Shown here: positions 48,434-62,900 of the stretch, one piece after another
Numbering within the stretch: the stretch's first letter is position 1
How the letters are laid out: each line of letters begins with the position of its first letter
Assembly: GCA_032718475.1 (NCBI GenBank)
Contig: JAUCBJ010004054.1
Span: forward strand, 998-64,997
Source: Nemertoderma westbladi
Taxonomy: Eukaryota; Animalia; Xenacoelomorpha
Length of the DNA: 64,000 nt
Direction of reading: 5' to 3'
Position numbers and translations under genes: made by a program
The notes under the pieces: generated by a model
Database searches by the model: none
Told to the model about the DNA's origin: nothing
Seen by the model: only the letters and a program-made list of their open reading frames with translations

Positions 48434-51350
48434 TCACTACTACTACTGGGTCGAGCGAACTCGGACAGTGGAAATGAGATCCTTCCAGGCTTCCCGATTC
48501 TCCATAGTTGTCGCAATTTCGTTTCAACCAAGTTCAGTATCCCTTTCAAGTTGATCTATATAAGTTATGGCTGGTCTTCCACGACTACGCTTTCCATGAG
48601 TTGGTTGCCAGAGAAGTAGATCTGGTATGACCTCGTCTTTACTTCGCCAGCAGTGCCCACTGAATCTTAATCTGCGTTCACGGAGGGTGGTTGATACAGG
48701 TGGTATTGTACCAAGAAGCTCGGCATTTGTCATGTGTTGTCTCCAGCTGATGTTTGGGCTGCCCTTAGTAGTCGTGTGTAGCAACCATCAATTCGTTGTT
48801 CAAGTGATTTAGTCAGTGTCCAGGTTTCACCCCCGTATAAAAATACACTTTCCACTGTGGCTCGAAAGAACTTAGTCTTCAGGTGCCTGGAGAGATCTGA
48901 TTTCCAGATGGTATCCATTTTTGATAGAGCTACCCTAGCCTTTGCTTTCCTAACTTCTATGTCCTTTTTGCTACTCTCTATCCATGATCCAAGGTACTGG
49001 AAGTCATCGACCTTCCTTAGTTGATTATTATCAATTATTATCAAGTTTCCATCAACATTAAAGGTCATGAATTCGGTCTTTGTAGTATTTATATGCAATC
49101 CAACCTCCTTAGCAGCCCTCTCCACTTTATTTAGTAGAAGCTGTACATCTGCTAGCGTATTAGAGAGCAGGGCGATGTCATCCGCAAAGTCGGTGTCTGT
49201 GACTGTAGTTGCCGGATATCTACTACTTTCTGCGTTCTTGAAGTGTGAATCCCAGATCTTCACCCTTTGTGGCCGTCCTCATTGCGTAATCCAGTACAAT
49301 TACAAATAGTAATGGTGCTAATGTGTCACCTTGCAGTACGCCAGCCAGGATTGAGAAAAACTCAGTTTCACCATCTGGTGAGAGTACCTGCGCTTCTGTG
49401 TCACAATATAACAATCCAATATATATAATATATCCTATATATAATCATTTTATTGTATATGTTGGCAGCTACCACAAGCAGACAGATCCCACGATAGTTT
49501 GTTGGTATACCGAGGTCTCATTTCTTGGGGAGAGGCTTTAGTTGACCTTTACTTTAGTCCAAATCCGGTTGCAAACATTCAATAATGGTCTGTTTAGCAC
49601 TCCTGTTTTCCATACCTCCGCTGGGATTTCATCTAATCCACTCGCTTTATTATTGGACATGCTTTTCATGCTTCTTTGGAGTTCGGCAGGTGTGAAGTCC
49701 CCTGTTTCTATATATTTTCCTTGTAGGGCTGACCTCGATGTTTGGTAGTTGCCCAAGCAAGTTGCTGAAGTGATTTTTCCACTTCCCAACACGTTCTTCA
49801 GGACTATCGGCGTTGAGGCGCCCCTTTGCACAACTTTTCCGACCAGATACCTAATTTACAGTTTGCCAGGTAAGTCTTGATTGTTGCTGTATGTGAGCAG
49901 TTGTAATTGCTTCAATTTTATCCTGTATGTACTTTTCCTGGCTGATGTTGTAGGCCAATTTAAGATCATCCTTAGCTTTCTCAACCTTGTTAATGTTTTT
50001 GGTTGTTGGTTGTTCGGTTTTAACTTTGTAGGCTATCTTAAGATCTTCTCTCTTACAAGTAACCTCAGAGTTTTGCCATGGCACATACTGTTTTCGTTTG
50101 GGTTTCTGGGGGATATGCCTCTTAGCTGATTCCTTGTGGGCTGTTATTATATTCTGGTATATTGAATCGGTGGAGTGGTCTTCATCCATTGACTGAAGTG
50201 AAGTGCTTCAAAGCGGTTTTGAACTTCTACTGTGTAGTAAGCATCCTTTACTGCATTACTACTACTACTAGGATCGGCATGCTGCATTGCAGCTGCATTT
50301 TTAAGAATACTGTGCCGGCTTTACTGCATTGTCAGTTTTGAGTTTCTCCCAGTCATAGTTGATTTGCTTGCTTGTCCTGGGTTTGCTGGCTCTCAAACTG
50401 TGTTTGATCTCTGCAGTCACAATTCTGTGGTCCGAACCAATTAGGTTGAACGAGCTGTATGCCTCGCAGTTGATCATGCGGTTTCTCCACTTTTTGTTTA
50501 TAAGGATGTAATCCAGTTGTGCTTTGGTTCCATTAGGGTGTTGAAAGGTCCATAGCTTCCCCTTACTCTTTTCGAATAATGTTGTTTGTTGGTATCAATT
50601 CACATTCTTCCATTAGGTCTAAAAGTAAGTACCCATTTCTGTTAGAACTGGTGTTATAGGTGTAACCCTTGACCCTTGATGTCTTCTGGGCCAATTTGCG
50701 CATTCAGGTCACCAGCAATGACTTTAACATTGTGTTTCGGAATGTCCTTTATAAGTCCAGTCAGTTCTTCATAAAACTTGACTGCTTGTTCTGGCTCTGA
50801 TGCATTGGTTGGACTGTAGCAACATATAACTGTTGTCTTGGGATTCCCATCAAATGTTGCGATCATAACCCTGGAATTTATAGATTCGATGTTGTTTAGG
50901 GTCATAAGTGCAAATGGGCTTAGCAGAGTTCCTACTCCACCAATTGATGCATTGGCCGAGTTTCTTACTGCTGAGCTTGTTACTAACGTCCATCCATTTC
51001 CAATGTCATTGTACTTCATGGCAGTGTCTTCATTGGGCGACAACCGAGCCGGTATTTCTCCTGGAGGGTTCTCATACTCATCTTTCAGTTGCGAGAGTAA
51101 ACCGCTTGTGGTCGCAACTCCTACAAGCGTCTTCGCAGTAGGTCGCCGTTGCTTGATTACCTTCCGCCGAGGCGTCCGCCGGGGCGTCTATCATCTCTAT
51201 TGCAGATGCGTATCAAGCCTTTGCCTCCAATGGTGCCCAAGGCGCTATAGCCCTCAATGACTTATTTAGTTGACGGGGCTAAAACCAACCCCCTCTTGAT
51301 CAACTAAATAATGAATAGTCTACTGGCGCTTATCGGGCCTGCCCTACTGG
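48434..51350 (-). mobile_element. RTE-clade LINE spanning 5' leader to 3' tail, with internal deletions
   Basis: APE motifs CYSPTN, AGDLNA, AQLDYIL and SDHRIV. RT motifs GVLQGDTLAP, DTDFADD, FQYLGS and RLRFSGHCWR...GRP. A (GTA)n 3' tail lies at 48434-48447. Confidence 0.93.
50258..50318 (-). mobile_element. 61-bp 5'-truncated retroposon insertion with a 12-bp TSD
   Basis: ctttactgcatt is duplicated at 50246-50257 and 50319-50330. The insert ends in a (TAG)n tail on the minus strand. Confidence 0.8.
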
Positions 51351-52054
51351 GCTGACAGTTATGTCAGTTGACAGTTATTTTTTTGTTGACTGGCTACTGG
51401 CAGGCAATAACGGAGATGCAATTTTATTTTTTGACCCCTGGTCATCAGACGTATGTATCACCATTTTATTAAACGAATGTTTCAATTTTACAATACAATA
51501 CTATGCCTATTAACACAGCGCAACAATATTGAATACAATTCATCTAGTCTTATAAAGTAGTCAGTTTTAATATTTAAAGTGATCTGTTATGACTTCGAGT
51601 TTTCCATTTCTGTCACTCAGAAATTACCCGGGTAATACTAATTTAGTGAAATGGTTTTCATCAGAACAGCATACATGGATTTCTAGAATATTAATTTATA
51701 CCCGGACTGGAAACTGTATTATCGCGAATACCAGATGAGGCCTACTTTCTGATATTTTCTAGCAGTGATTGATTTTAGGATGTTACATATTTGGAATCCT
51801 TGTAACGTAAGCTTTCTAATATAATAATATACAGTAAATAAATTACGACCAATATTAAGAATGGCCACGATGCGGAGGGTGCGATTTCGCAAAAACACTT
51901 ATTTAAATTAAAACGCTTATAACTTGTTTTTTTGGCAAAATCGAAAATTCCGGCTTCATGGTAACAAAACAACCACGTTGAGTTGAAATAGTTGCGTTTC
52001 AAATTTCAGCAATATGATAAAGGGGGAGGGGGGTTGGAGTATACTATGTATAGA

Positions 52055-52259
52055 TCATATCCGTACCGACCTGACCGATATGATATGATATAAGTATGAA
52101 ATACCCTATGTTATTGAGATAATGTATATTGTTTTGGTTAGAAAAGCCCAGCACTGTAACCTGCTCCTTTCCGTTAATTAAGTAATGGAGATTAGTTTAT
52201 TGTTTTGGTTAGAAAACACCACCACTGTAACACCATCGGTCAGGTCGGTACGCATATGA
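52055..52259. mobile_element. MITE-like inverted-repeat element
   Basis: tcatatccgtaccgacctgaccgat / atcggtcaggtcggtacgcatatga (25 bp, 1 mismatch), with an internal duplicated segment. Confidence 0.6.
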
Positions 52260-52605
52260 ACGATAACCCAAACAGTTAAAATTAGCCAGAACTACTGCTT
52301 TATTGTAATACCAGAATACCGGTAAAAGAGAAGACAACCAAACGCGTTTAAGAAGTTAATGAGGAGAGGTTTACTACAGTGAGACAGTATTAAAGTAGTT
52401 AAGACTGTAAGAAGATACCGGCTGACCGGTAACTGGGTAACGTACAAACCACTACTGCACTAGGCAGCTACTGAGCTAGGTCTACAGCTACAGCGCTACA
52501 GTTAGGCCTACAACCCAGCAACCGTCACTCGTCACACAATCTCACATTACTGCGAACGTCTAAAACGTCTGAACGTGCGAAATTAGTTGCGAAGTTTGAT
52601 TGACT

Positions 52606-52783
52606 ATGACCAGTACCGGTATCACTATCGCCGTTTCTATTTGCTTGTATTTCACAACGGTAGCCGCTATCGGGGAAATTATTTACGCGATCAACGCCGG
52701 TGGACTGGCGCACGTGGATGAGTACGGCGTCCGATACCGGTCGGATCCGCTGGAGGGCCAAATCGGGGTCGCATCAGATTACG
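52606..52783 (+). CDS. MLEC: Malectin, first coding exon
   Basis: Signal peptide, then [36 protein letters not shown] (malectin N-terminus), ending at a consensus donor G|GTGAGT. Confidence 0.92.
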
Positions 52784-53903
52784 GTGAGTCCATCCATCGT
52801 TCTACCCCTGTATCTCGCTGTCACTGTCAGCGTGTGCTGTGTGATTGTGAATAATATGTAATTGTGTATTTTGTATTTCTCAATTGTATACCGGGGCGGT
52901 ATACCGTACTGTATACTGGCACTGGTATACAGTTATATATGCCTATGCCCTGACACCATCACTGTCACTGTATCATCGTATAGACTAATAAATAAGGTTA
53001 ATACAGAAAATAACTAGGCCTATCTACCTATGCTATATTGCTATAGTATTCATAAGATAAGGCAGGTTGGCATTGGAATCTCCAAAAATAATACCTGTGG
53101 GTGTGGGGTGGGTACAAGTACAGCACTCAACACAGCCGCCTTTAATCTACTACCGGTGAAGGAAATGGAAAGGCCAAGGTTTATCCCGACTGAAGCTCTT
53201 ATTATTATTTTTATTGTATGTCCTCCTTCCAAAACCAAGTATCACCCTGTATAAACCATTACGCATTGCTGCATTGGTACTGATGGCGTGCTGTTCTATA
53301 TATATTATAAGAATCCCTTAGTGTTTTGGTTATAGCGACCTCGAGATATTATTATCTAGTTAACCTGGTATTATTTAGGGCGACAACTGATGATCAGCCG
53401 AGTCTCCCCCCAGGACCAGATCCTGTACCAGACGGAACGCTACCACCACGACTCATTCAGTTACGATATCCCGGTCCCGGATTCCGGTCGATACGTTCTC
53501 GTACTAAAGTTCTCCGAGGTTTACTTTAGTAACAGCCGTCAAAAGGTTGGTGTTTATTAGTCGGTAAAAACCGACAAAAATAACCGACAGGAAATAGGTA
53601 GAAGTCGGTTAATAAATAAAATATTAAATAGTAAATAGTAACGGGGCTGCATGCAACTTCCGGGTATCCAGTTAATATTTTTCTCTGTTTTACGCCTCGC
53701 AGCAGAATAACTAGCTAATGTTTTACTTCCGGGTCTGTCAGTCTTTCTCCCTTCGGTTAAACTTTGTTTAACTTTTAGGTTTTCGATATAGTTATAAACG
53801 GGCAGCACACTGTAGTTCGGGAACTCGATGTATTCGATAAAGTTGGACGGGGAACGGCCCACGACGAATACATTCCCTTTATAGTCACTAAGGTTAGATC
53901 TAT

Positions 53904-56900
53904 GTTACTGTACCCACGTCCTTTATAGACTCAGTACCAACATACAACTGGTACCGTTACTGTACCCACGTCCTTTATAGACTCAGTACCAACATACAAC
54001 TGGTGCCGTTACTGTACCCACGTCCTTTATAGACTCAGTACCAACATACAACTGGTACCGTTACTGTACCCACGTCCTTTATAGACTCAGTACCAACATA
54101 CAACTGGTACCGTTACTGTACCCACGTCCTTTATATTATAGACTCAGTACCAACATACAACTGGTACCGTTACTGTACCCACGTCCTTTATATTATAGAC
54201 TCAGTACCAACATACAACTGGTGCCGTTACTGTACCCACGTCCTTTATATTATAGACTCAGTACCAACATACAACTGGTACCGTTACTGTACCCACGTCC
54301 TTTATATTATAGACTCAGTACCAACATACAACTGGTACCGTTACTGTACCCACGTCCTTTATATTATAGACTCAGTACCAACATACAACTGGTACCGTTA
54401 CTGTACCCACGTCCTTTATAGACTCAGTACCAACATACAACTGGTACCGTTACTGTACCCACGTCCTTTATATTATAGACTCAGTACCAACATACAACTG
54501 GTGCCGTTACTGTACCCACGTCCTTTATATTATAGACTCAGTACCAACATACAACTGGTACCGTTACTGTACCCACGTCCTTTATATTATAGACTCAGTA
54601 CCAACATACAACTGGTACCGTTACTGTACCCACGTCCTTTATATTATAGACTCAGTACCAACATACAACTGGTGCCGTTACTGTACCCACGTCCTTTATA
54701 TTATAGACTCAGTACCAACATACAACTGGTACCGTTACTGTACCCACGTCCTTTATATTATAGACTCAGTACCAACATACAACTGGTACCGTTACTGTAC
54801 CCACGTCCTTTATATTATAGACTCAGTACCAACATACAACTGGTACCGTTACTGTACCCACGTCCTTTATAGACTCAGTACCAACATACAACTGGTACCG
54901 TTACTGTACCCACGTCCTTTATATTATAGACTCAGTACCAACATACAACTGGTGCCGTTACTGTACCCACGTCCTTTATATTATAGACTCAGTACCAACA
55001 TACAACTGGTACCGTTACTGTACCCACGTCCTTTATATTATAGACTCAGTACCAACATACAACTGGTACCGTTACTGTACCCACGTCCTTTATATTATAG
55101 ACTCAGTACCAACATACAACTGGTGCCGTTACTGTACCCACGTCCTTTATATTATAGACTCAGTACCAACATACAACTGGTACCGTTACTGTACCCACGT
55201 CCTTTATAGACTCAGTACCAACATACAACTGGTGCCGTTACTGTACCCACGTCCTTTATATTATAGACTCAGTACCAACATACAACTGGTACCGTTACTG
55301 TACCCACGTCCTTTATATTATAGACTCAGTACCAACATACAACTGGTACCGTTACTGTACCCACGTCCTTTATATTATAGACTCAGTACCAACATACAAC
55401 TGGTACCGTTACTGTACCCACGTCCTTTATATTATAGACTCAGTACCAACATACAACTGGTACCGTTACTGTACCCACGTCCTTTATATTATAGACTCAG
55501 TACCAACATACAACTGGTACCGTTACTGTACCCACGTCCTTTATAGACTCAGTACCAACATACAACTGGTACCGTTACTGTACCCACGTCCTTTATATTA
55601 TAGACTCAGTACCAACATACAACTGGTACCGTTACTGTACCCACGTCCTTTATATTATAGACTCAGTACCAACATACAACTGGTGCCGTTACTGTACCCA
55701 CGTCCTTTATATTATAGACTCAGTACCAACATACAACTGGTACCGTTACTGTACCCACGTCCTTTATATTATAGACTCAGTACCAACATACAACTGGTAC
55801 CGTTACTGTACCCACGTCCTTTATAGACTCAGTACCAACATACAACTGGTACCGTTACTGTACCCACGTCCTTTATAGACTCAGTACCAACATACAACTG
55901 GTACCGTTACTGTACCCACGTCCTTTATAGACTCAGTACCAACATACAACTGGTACCGTTACTGTACCCACGTCCTTTATAGACTCAGTACCAACATACA
56001 ACTGGTACCGTTACTGTACCCACGTCCTTTATAGACTCAGTACCAACATACAACTGGTACCGTTACTGTACCCACGTCCTTTATATTATAGACTCAGTAC
56101 CAACATACAACTGGTACCGTTACTGTACCCACGTCCTTTATATTATAGACTCAGTACCAACATACAACTGGTACCGTTACTGTACCCACGTCCTTTATAT
56201 TATAGACTCAGTACCAACATACAACTGGTACCGTTACTGTACCCACGTCCTTTATATTATAGACTCAGTACCAACATACAACTGGTACCGTTACTGTACC
56301 CACGTCCTTTATATTATAGACTCAGTACCAACATACAACTGGTACCGTTACTGTACCCACGTCCTTTATATTATAGACTCAGTACCAACATACAACTGGT
56401 ACCGTTACTGTACCCACGTCCTTTATATTATAGACTCAGTACCAACATACAACTGGTACCGTTACTGTACCCACGTCCTTTATATTATAGACTCAGTACC
56501 AACATACAACTGGTACCGTTACTGTACCCACGTCCTTTATATTATAGACTCAGTACCAACATACAACTGGTACCGTTACTGTACCCACGTCCTTTATATT
56601 ATAGACTCAGTACCAACATACAACTGGTACCGTTACTGTACCCACGTCCTTTATAGACTCAGTACCAACATACAACTGGTACCGTTACTGTACCCACGTC
56701 CTTTATAGACTCAGTACCAACATACAACTGGTACCGTTACTGTACCCACGTCCTTTATATTATAGACTCAGTACCAACATACAACTGGTACCGTTACTGT
56801 ACCCACGTCCTTTATAGACTCAGTACCAACATACAACTGGTACCGTTACTGTACCCACGTCCTTTATATTATAGACTCAGTACCAACATACAACTGGTAC

Positions 56901-59900
56901 CGTTACTGTACCCACGTCCTTTATATTATAGACTCAGTACCAACATACAACTGGTACCGTTACTGTACCCACGTCCTTTATATTATAGACTCAGTACCAA
57001 CATACAACTGGTACCGTTACTGTACCCACGTCCTTTATAGACTCAGTACCAACATACAACTGGTACCGTTACTGTACCCACGTCCTTTATATTATAGACT
57101 CAGTACCAACATACAACTGGTACCGTTACTGTACCCACGTCCTTTATATTATAGACTCAGTACCAACATACAACTGGTACCGTTACTGTACCCACGTCCT
57201 TTATATTATAGACTCAGTACCAACATACAACTGGTACCGTTACTGTACCCACGTCCTTTTTTATAGACTCAGTACCAACATACAACTGGTACCGTTACTG
57301 TACCCACGTCCTTTATATTATAGACTCAGTACCAACATACAACTGGTACCGTTACTGTACCCACGTCCTTTATATTATAGACTCAGTACCAACATACAAC
57401 TGGTACCGTTACTGTACCCACGTCCTTTATATTATAGACTCAGTACCAACATACAACTGGTACCGTTACTGTACCCACGTCCTTTATAGACTCAGTACCA
57501 ACATACAACTGGTACCGTTACTGTACCCACGTCCTTTATATTATAGACTCAGTACCAACATACAACTGGTACCGTTACTGTACCCACGTCCTTTATAGAC
57601 TCAGTACCAACATACAACTGGTACCGTTACTGTACCCACGTCCTTATATTATAGACTCAGTACCAACATACAACTGGTACCGTTACTGTACCCACGTCCT
57701 TTATATTATAGACTCAGTACCAACATACAACTGGTACCGTTACTGTACCCACGTCCTTTATATTATAGACTCAGTACCAACATACAACTGGTACCGTTAC
57801 TGTACCCACGTCCTTTATAGACTCAGTACCAACATACAACTGGTACCGTTACTGTACCCACGTCCTTTATAGACTCAGTACCAACATACAACTGGTACCG
57901 TTACTGTACCCACGTCCTTTATATTATAGACTCAGTACCAACATACAACTGGTACCGTTACTGTACCCACGTCCTTTATAGACTCAGTACCAACATACAA
58001 CTGGTACCGTTACTGTACCCACGTCCTTTATAGACTCAGTACCAACATACAACTGGTACCGTTACTGTACCCACGTCCTTTATATTATAGACTCAGTACC
58101 AACATACAACTGGTACCGTTACTGTACCCACGTCCTTTATAGACTCAGTACCAACATACAACTGGTACCGTTACTGTACCCACGTCCTTTATAGACTCAG
58201 TACCAACATACAACTGGTACCGTTACTGTACCCACGTCCTTTATAGACTCAGTACCAACATACAACTGGTACCGTTACTGTACCCACGTCCTTTATAGAC
58301 TCAGTACCAACATACAACTGGTACCGTTACTGTACCCACGTCCTTTATAGACTCAGTACCAACATACAACTGGTACCGTTACTGTACCCACGTCCTTTAT
58401 TATAGACTCAGTACCAACATACAACTGGTACCGTTACTGTACCCACGTCCTTTATAGACTCAGTACCAACATACAACTGGTACCGTTACTGTACCCACGT
58501 CCTTTATAGACTCAGTACCAACATACAACTGGTACCGTTACTGTACCCACGTCCTTTATAGACTCAGTACCAACATACAACTGGTACCGTTACTGTACCC
58601 ACGTCCTTTTTTATAGACTCAGTACCAACATACAACTGGTACCGTTACTGTACCCACGTCCTTTATAGACTCAGTACCAACATACAACTGGTACCGTTAC
58701 TGTACCCACGTCCTTTATAGACTCAGTACCAACATACAACTGGTACCGTTACTGTACCCACGTCCTTTATAGACTCAGTACCAACATACAACTGGTACCG
58801 TTACTGTACCCACGTCCTTTATAGACTCAGTACCAACATACAACTGGTACCGTTACTGTACCCACGTCCTTTATAGACTCAGTACCAACATACAACTGGT
58901 ACCGTTACTGTACCCACGTCCTTTATAGACTCAGTACCAACATACAACTGGTACCGTTACTGTACCCACGTCCTTTATTATAGACTCAGTACCAACATAC
59001 AACTGGTACCGTTACTGTACCCACGTCCTTTATAGACTCAGTACCAACATACAACTGGTACCGTTACTGTACCCACGTCCTTTATATTATAGACTCAGTA
59101 CCAACATACAACTGGTACCGTTACTGTACCCACGTCCTTTATAGACTCAGTACCAACATACAACTGGTACCGTTACTGTACCCACGTCCTTTATATTATA
59201 GACTCAGTACCAACATACAACTGGTACCGTTACTGTACCCACGTCCTTTATAGACTCAGTACCAACATACAACTGGTACCGTTACTGTACCCACGTCCTT
59301 TATAGACTCAGTACCAACATACAACTGGTACCGTTACTGTACCCACGTCCTTTATATTATAGACTCAGTACCAACATACAACTGGTACCGTTACTGTACC
59401 CACGTCCTTTATAGACTCAGTACCAACATACAACTGGTACCGTTACTGTACCCACGTCCTTTATATTATAGACTCAGTACCAACATACAACTGGTACCGT
59501 TACTGTACCCACGTCCTTTATATAGACTCAGTACCAACATACAACTGGTACCGTTACTGTACCCACGTCCTTTATATTATAGACTCAGTACCAACATACA
59601 ACTGGTACCGTTACTGTACCCACGTCCTTTATATTATAGACTCAGTACCAACATACAACTGGTACCGTTACTGTACCCACGTCCTTTATTATAGACTCAG
59701 TACCAACATACAACTGGTACCGTTACTGTACCCACGTCCTTTTATAGACTCAGTACCAACATACAACTGGTACCGTTACTGTACCCACGTCCTTTATATT
59801 ATAGACTCAGTACCAACATACAACTGGTACCGTTACTGTACCCACGTCCTTTATAGACTCAGTACCAACATACAACTGGTACCGTTACTGTACCCACGTC

Positions 59901-62900
59901 CTTTATATTATAGACTCAGTACCAACATACAACTGGTACCGTTACTGTACCCACGTCCTTTATATTATAGACTCAGTACCAACATACAACTGGTACCGTT
60001 ACTGTACCCACGTCCTTTATATATAGACTCAGTACCAACATACAACTGGTACCGTTACTGTACCCACGTCCTTTTATAGACTCAGTACCAACATACAACT
60101 GGTACCGTTACTGTACCCACGTCCTTTATAGACTCAGTACCAACATACAACTGGTACCGTTACTGTACCCACGTCCTTTATAGACTCAGTACCAACATAC
60201 AACTGGTACCGTTACTGTACCCACGTCCTTTATAGACTCAGTACCAACATACAACTGGTACCGTTACTGTACCCACGTCCTTTATAGACTCAGTACCAAC
60301 ATACAACTGGTACCGTTACTGTACCCACGTCCTTTATATTATAGACTCAGTACCAACATACAACTGGTACCGTTACTGTACCCACGTCCTTTATATTATA
60401 GACTCAGTACCAACATACAACTGGTACCGTTACTGTACCCACGTCCTTTATATTATAGACTCAGTACCAACATACAACTGGTACCGTTACTGTACCCACG
60501 TCCTTTATATTATAGACTCAGTACCAACATACAACTGGTACCGTTACTGTACCCACGTCCTTTATAGACTCAGTACCAACATACAACTGGTACCGTTACT
60601 GTACCCACGTCCTTTATATTATAGACTCAGTACCAACATACAACTGGTACCGTTACTGTACCCACGTCCTTTATAGACTCAGTACCAACATACAACTGGT
60701 ACCGTTACTGTACCCACGTCCTTTATATTATAGACTCAGTACCAACATACAACTGGTACCGTTACTGTACCCACGTCCTTTATATTATAGACTCAGTACC
60801 AACATACAACTGGTACCGTTACTGTACCCACGTCCTTTATAGACTCAGTACCAACATACAACTGGTACCGTTACTGTACCCACGTCCTTTATAGACTCAG
60901 TACCAACATACAACTGGTACCGTTACTGTACCCACGTCCTTTATATTATAGACTCAGTACCAACATACAACTGGTACCGTTACTGTACCCACGTCCTTTA
61001 TAGACTCAGTACCAACATACAACTGGTACCGTTACTGTACCCACGTCCTTTATATTATAGACTCAGTACCAACATACAACTGGTACCGTTACTGTACCCA
61101 CGTCCTTTATAGACTCAGTACCAACATACAACTGGTACCGTTACTGTACCCACGTCCTTTATAGACTCAGTACCAACATACAACTGGTACCGTTACTGTA
61201 CCCACGTCCTTTATAGACTCAGTACCAACATACAACTGGTACCGTTACTGTACCCACGTCCTTTATATTATAGACTCAGTACCAACATACAACTGGTACC
61301 GTTACTGTACCCACGTCCTTTATAGACTCAGTACCAACATACAACTGGTACCGTTACTGTACCCACGTCCTTTATATTATAGACTCAGTACCAACATACA
61401 ACTGGTACCGTTACTGTACCCACGTCCTTTATAGACTCAGTACCAACATACAACTGGTACCGTTACTGTACCCACGTCCTTTATAGACTCAGTACCAACA
61501 TACAACTGGTACCGTTACTGTACCCACGTCCTTTATATTATAGACTCAGTACCAACATACAACTGGTACCGTTACTGTACCCACGTCCTTTATATTATAG
61601 ACTCAGTACCAACATACAACTGGTACCGTTACTGTACCCACGTCCTTTATAGACTCAGTACCAACATACAACTGGTACCGTTACTGTACCCACGTCCTTT
61701 ATATTATAGACTCAGTACCAACATACAACTGGTACCGTTACTGTACCCACGTCCTTTATATTATAGACTCAGTACCAACATACAACTGGTACCGTTACTG
61801 TACCCACGTCCTTTATATTATAGACTCAGTACCAACATACAACTGGTACCGTTACTGTACCCACGTCCTTTTATAGACTCAGTACCAACATACAACTGGT
61901 ACCGTTACTGTACCCACGTCCTTATATTATAGACTCAGTACCAACATACAACTGGTACCGTTACTGTACCCACGTCCTTTATAGACTCAGTACCAACATA
62001 CAACTGGTGCCGTTACTGTACCCACGTCCTTTATATTATAGACTCAGTACCAACATACAACTGGTACCGTTACTGTACCCACGTCCTTTATAGACTCAGT
62101 ACCAACATACAACTGGTGCTGTTACTGTACCCACGTCCTTTATATTATAGACTCAGTACCAACATACAACTGGTACCGTTACTGTACCCACGTCCTTTAT
62201 AGACTCAGTACCAACATACAACTGGTACCGTTACTGTACCCACGTCCTTTATAGACTCAGTACCAACATACAACTGGTACCGTTACTGTACCCACGTCCT
62301 TTATAGACTCAGTACCAACATACAACTGGTACCGTTACTGTACCCACGTCCTTTATATTATAGACTCAGTACCAACATACAACTGGTGCCGTTACTGTAC
62401 CCACGTCCTTTATATTATAGACTCAGTACCAACATACAACTGGTACCGTTACTGTACCCACGTCCTTTATAGACTCAGTACCAACATACAACTGGTACCG
62501 TTACTGTACCCACGTCCTTTATATTATAGACTCAGTACCAACATACAACTGGTACCGTTACTGTACCCACGTCCTTTATAGACTCAGTACCAACATACAA
62601 CTGGTGCTGTTACTGTACCCACGTCCTTTATATTATAGACTCAGTACCAACATACAACTGGTACCGTTACTGTACCCACGTCCTTTATAGACTCAGTACC
62701 AACATACAACTGGTACCGTTACTGTACCCACGTCCTTTATATTATAGACTCAGTACCAACATACAACTGGTGCTGTTACTGTACCCACGTCCTTTATATT
62801 ATAGACTCAGTACCAACATACAACTGGTACCGTTACTGTACCCACGTCCTTTATAGACTCAGTACCAACATACAACTGGTACCGTTACTGTACCCACGTC

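Noticed and set aside
54221-55546. PLLYPRPLYYRLSTNIQLV ORFs
   Set aside because: They come from runs of 57-bp satellite units and are broken wherever a 52-bp unit occurs.
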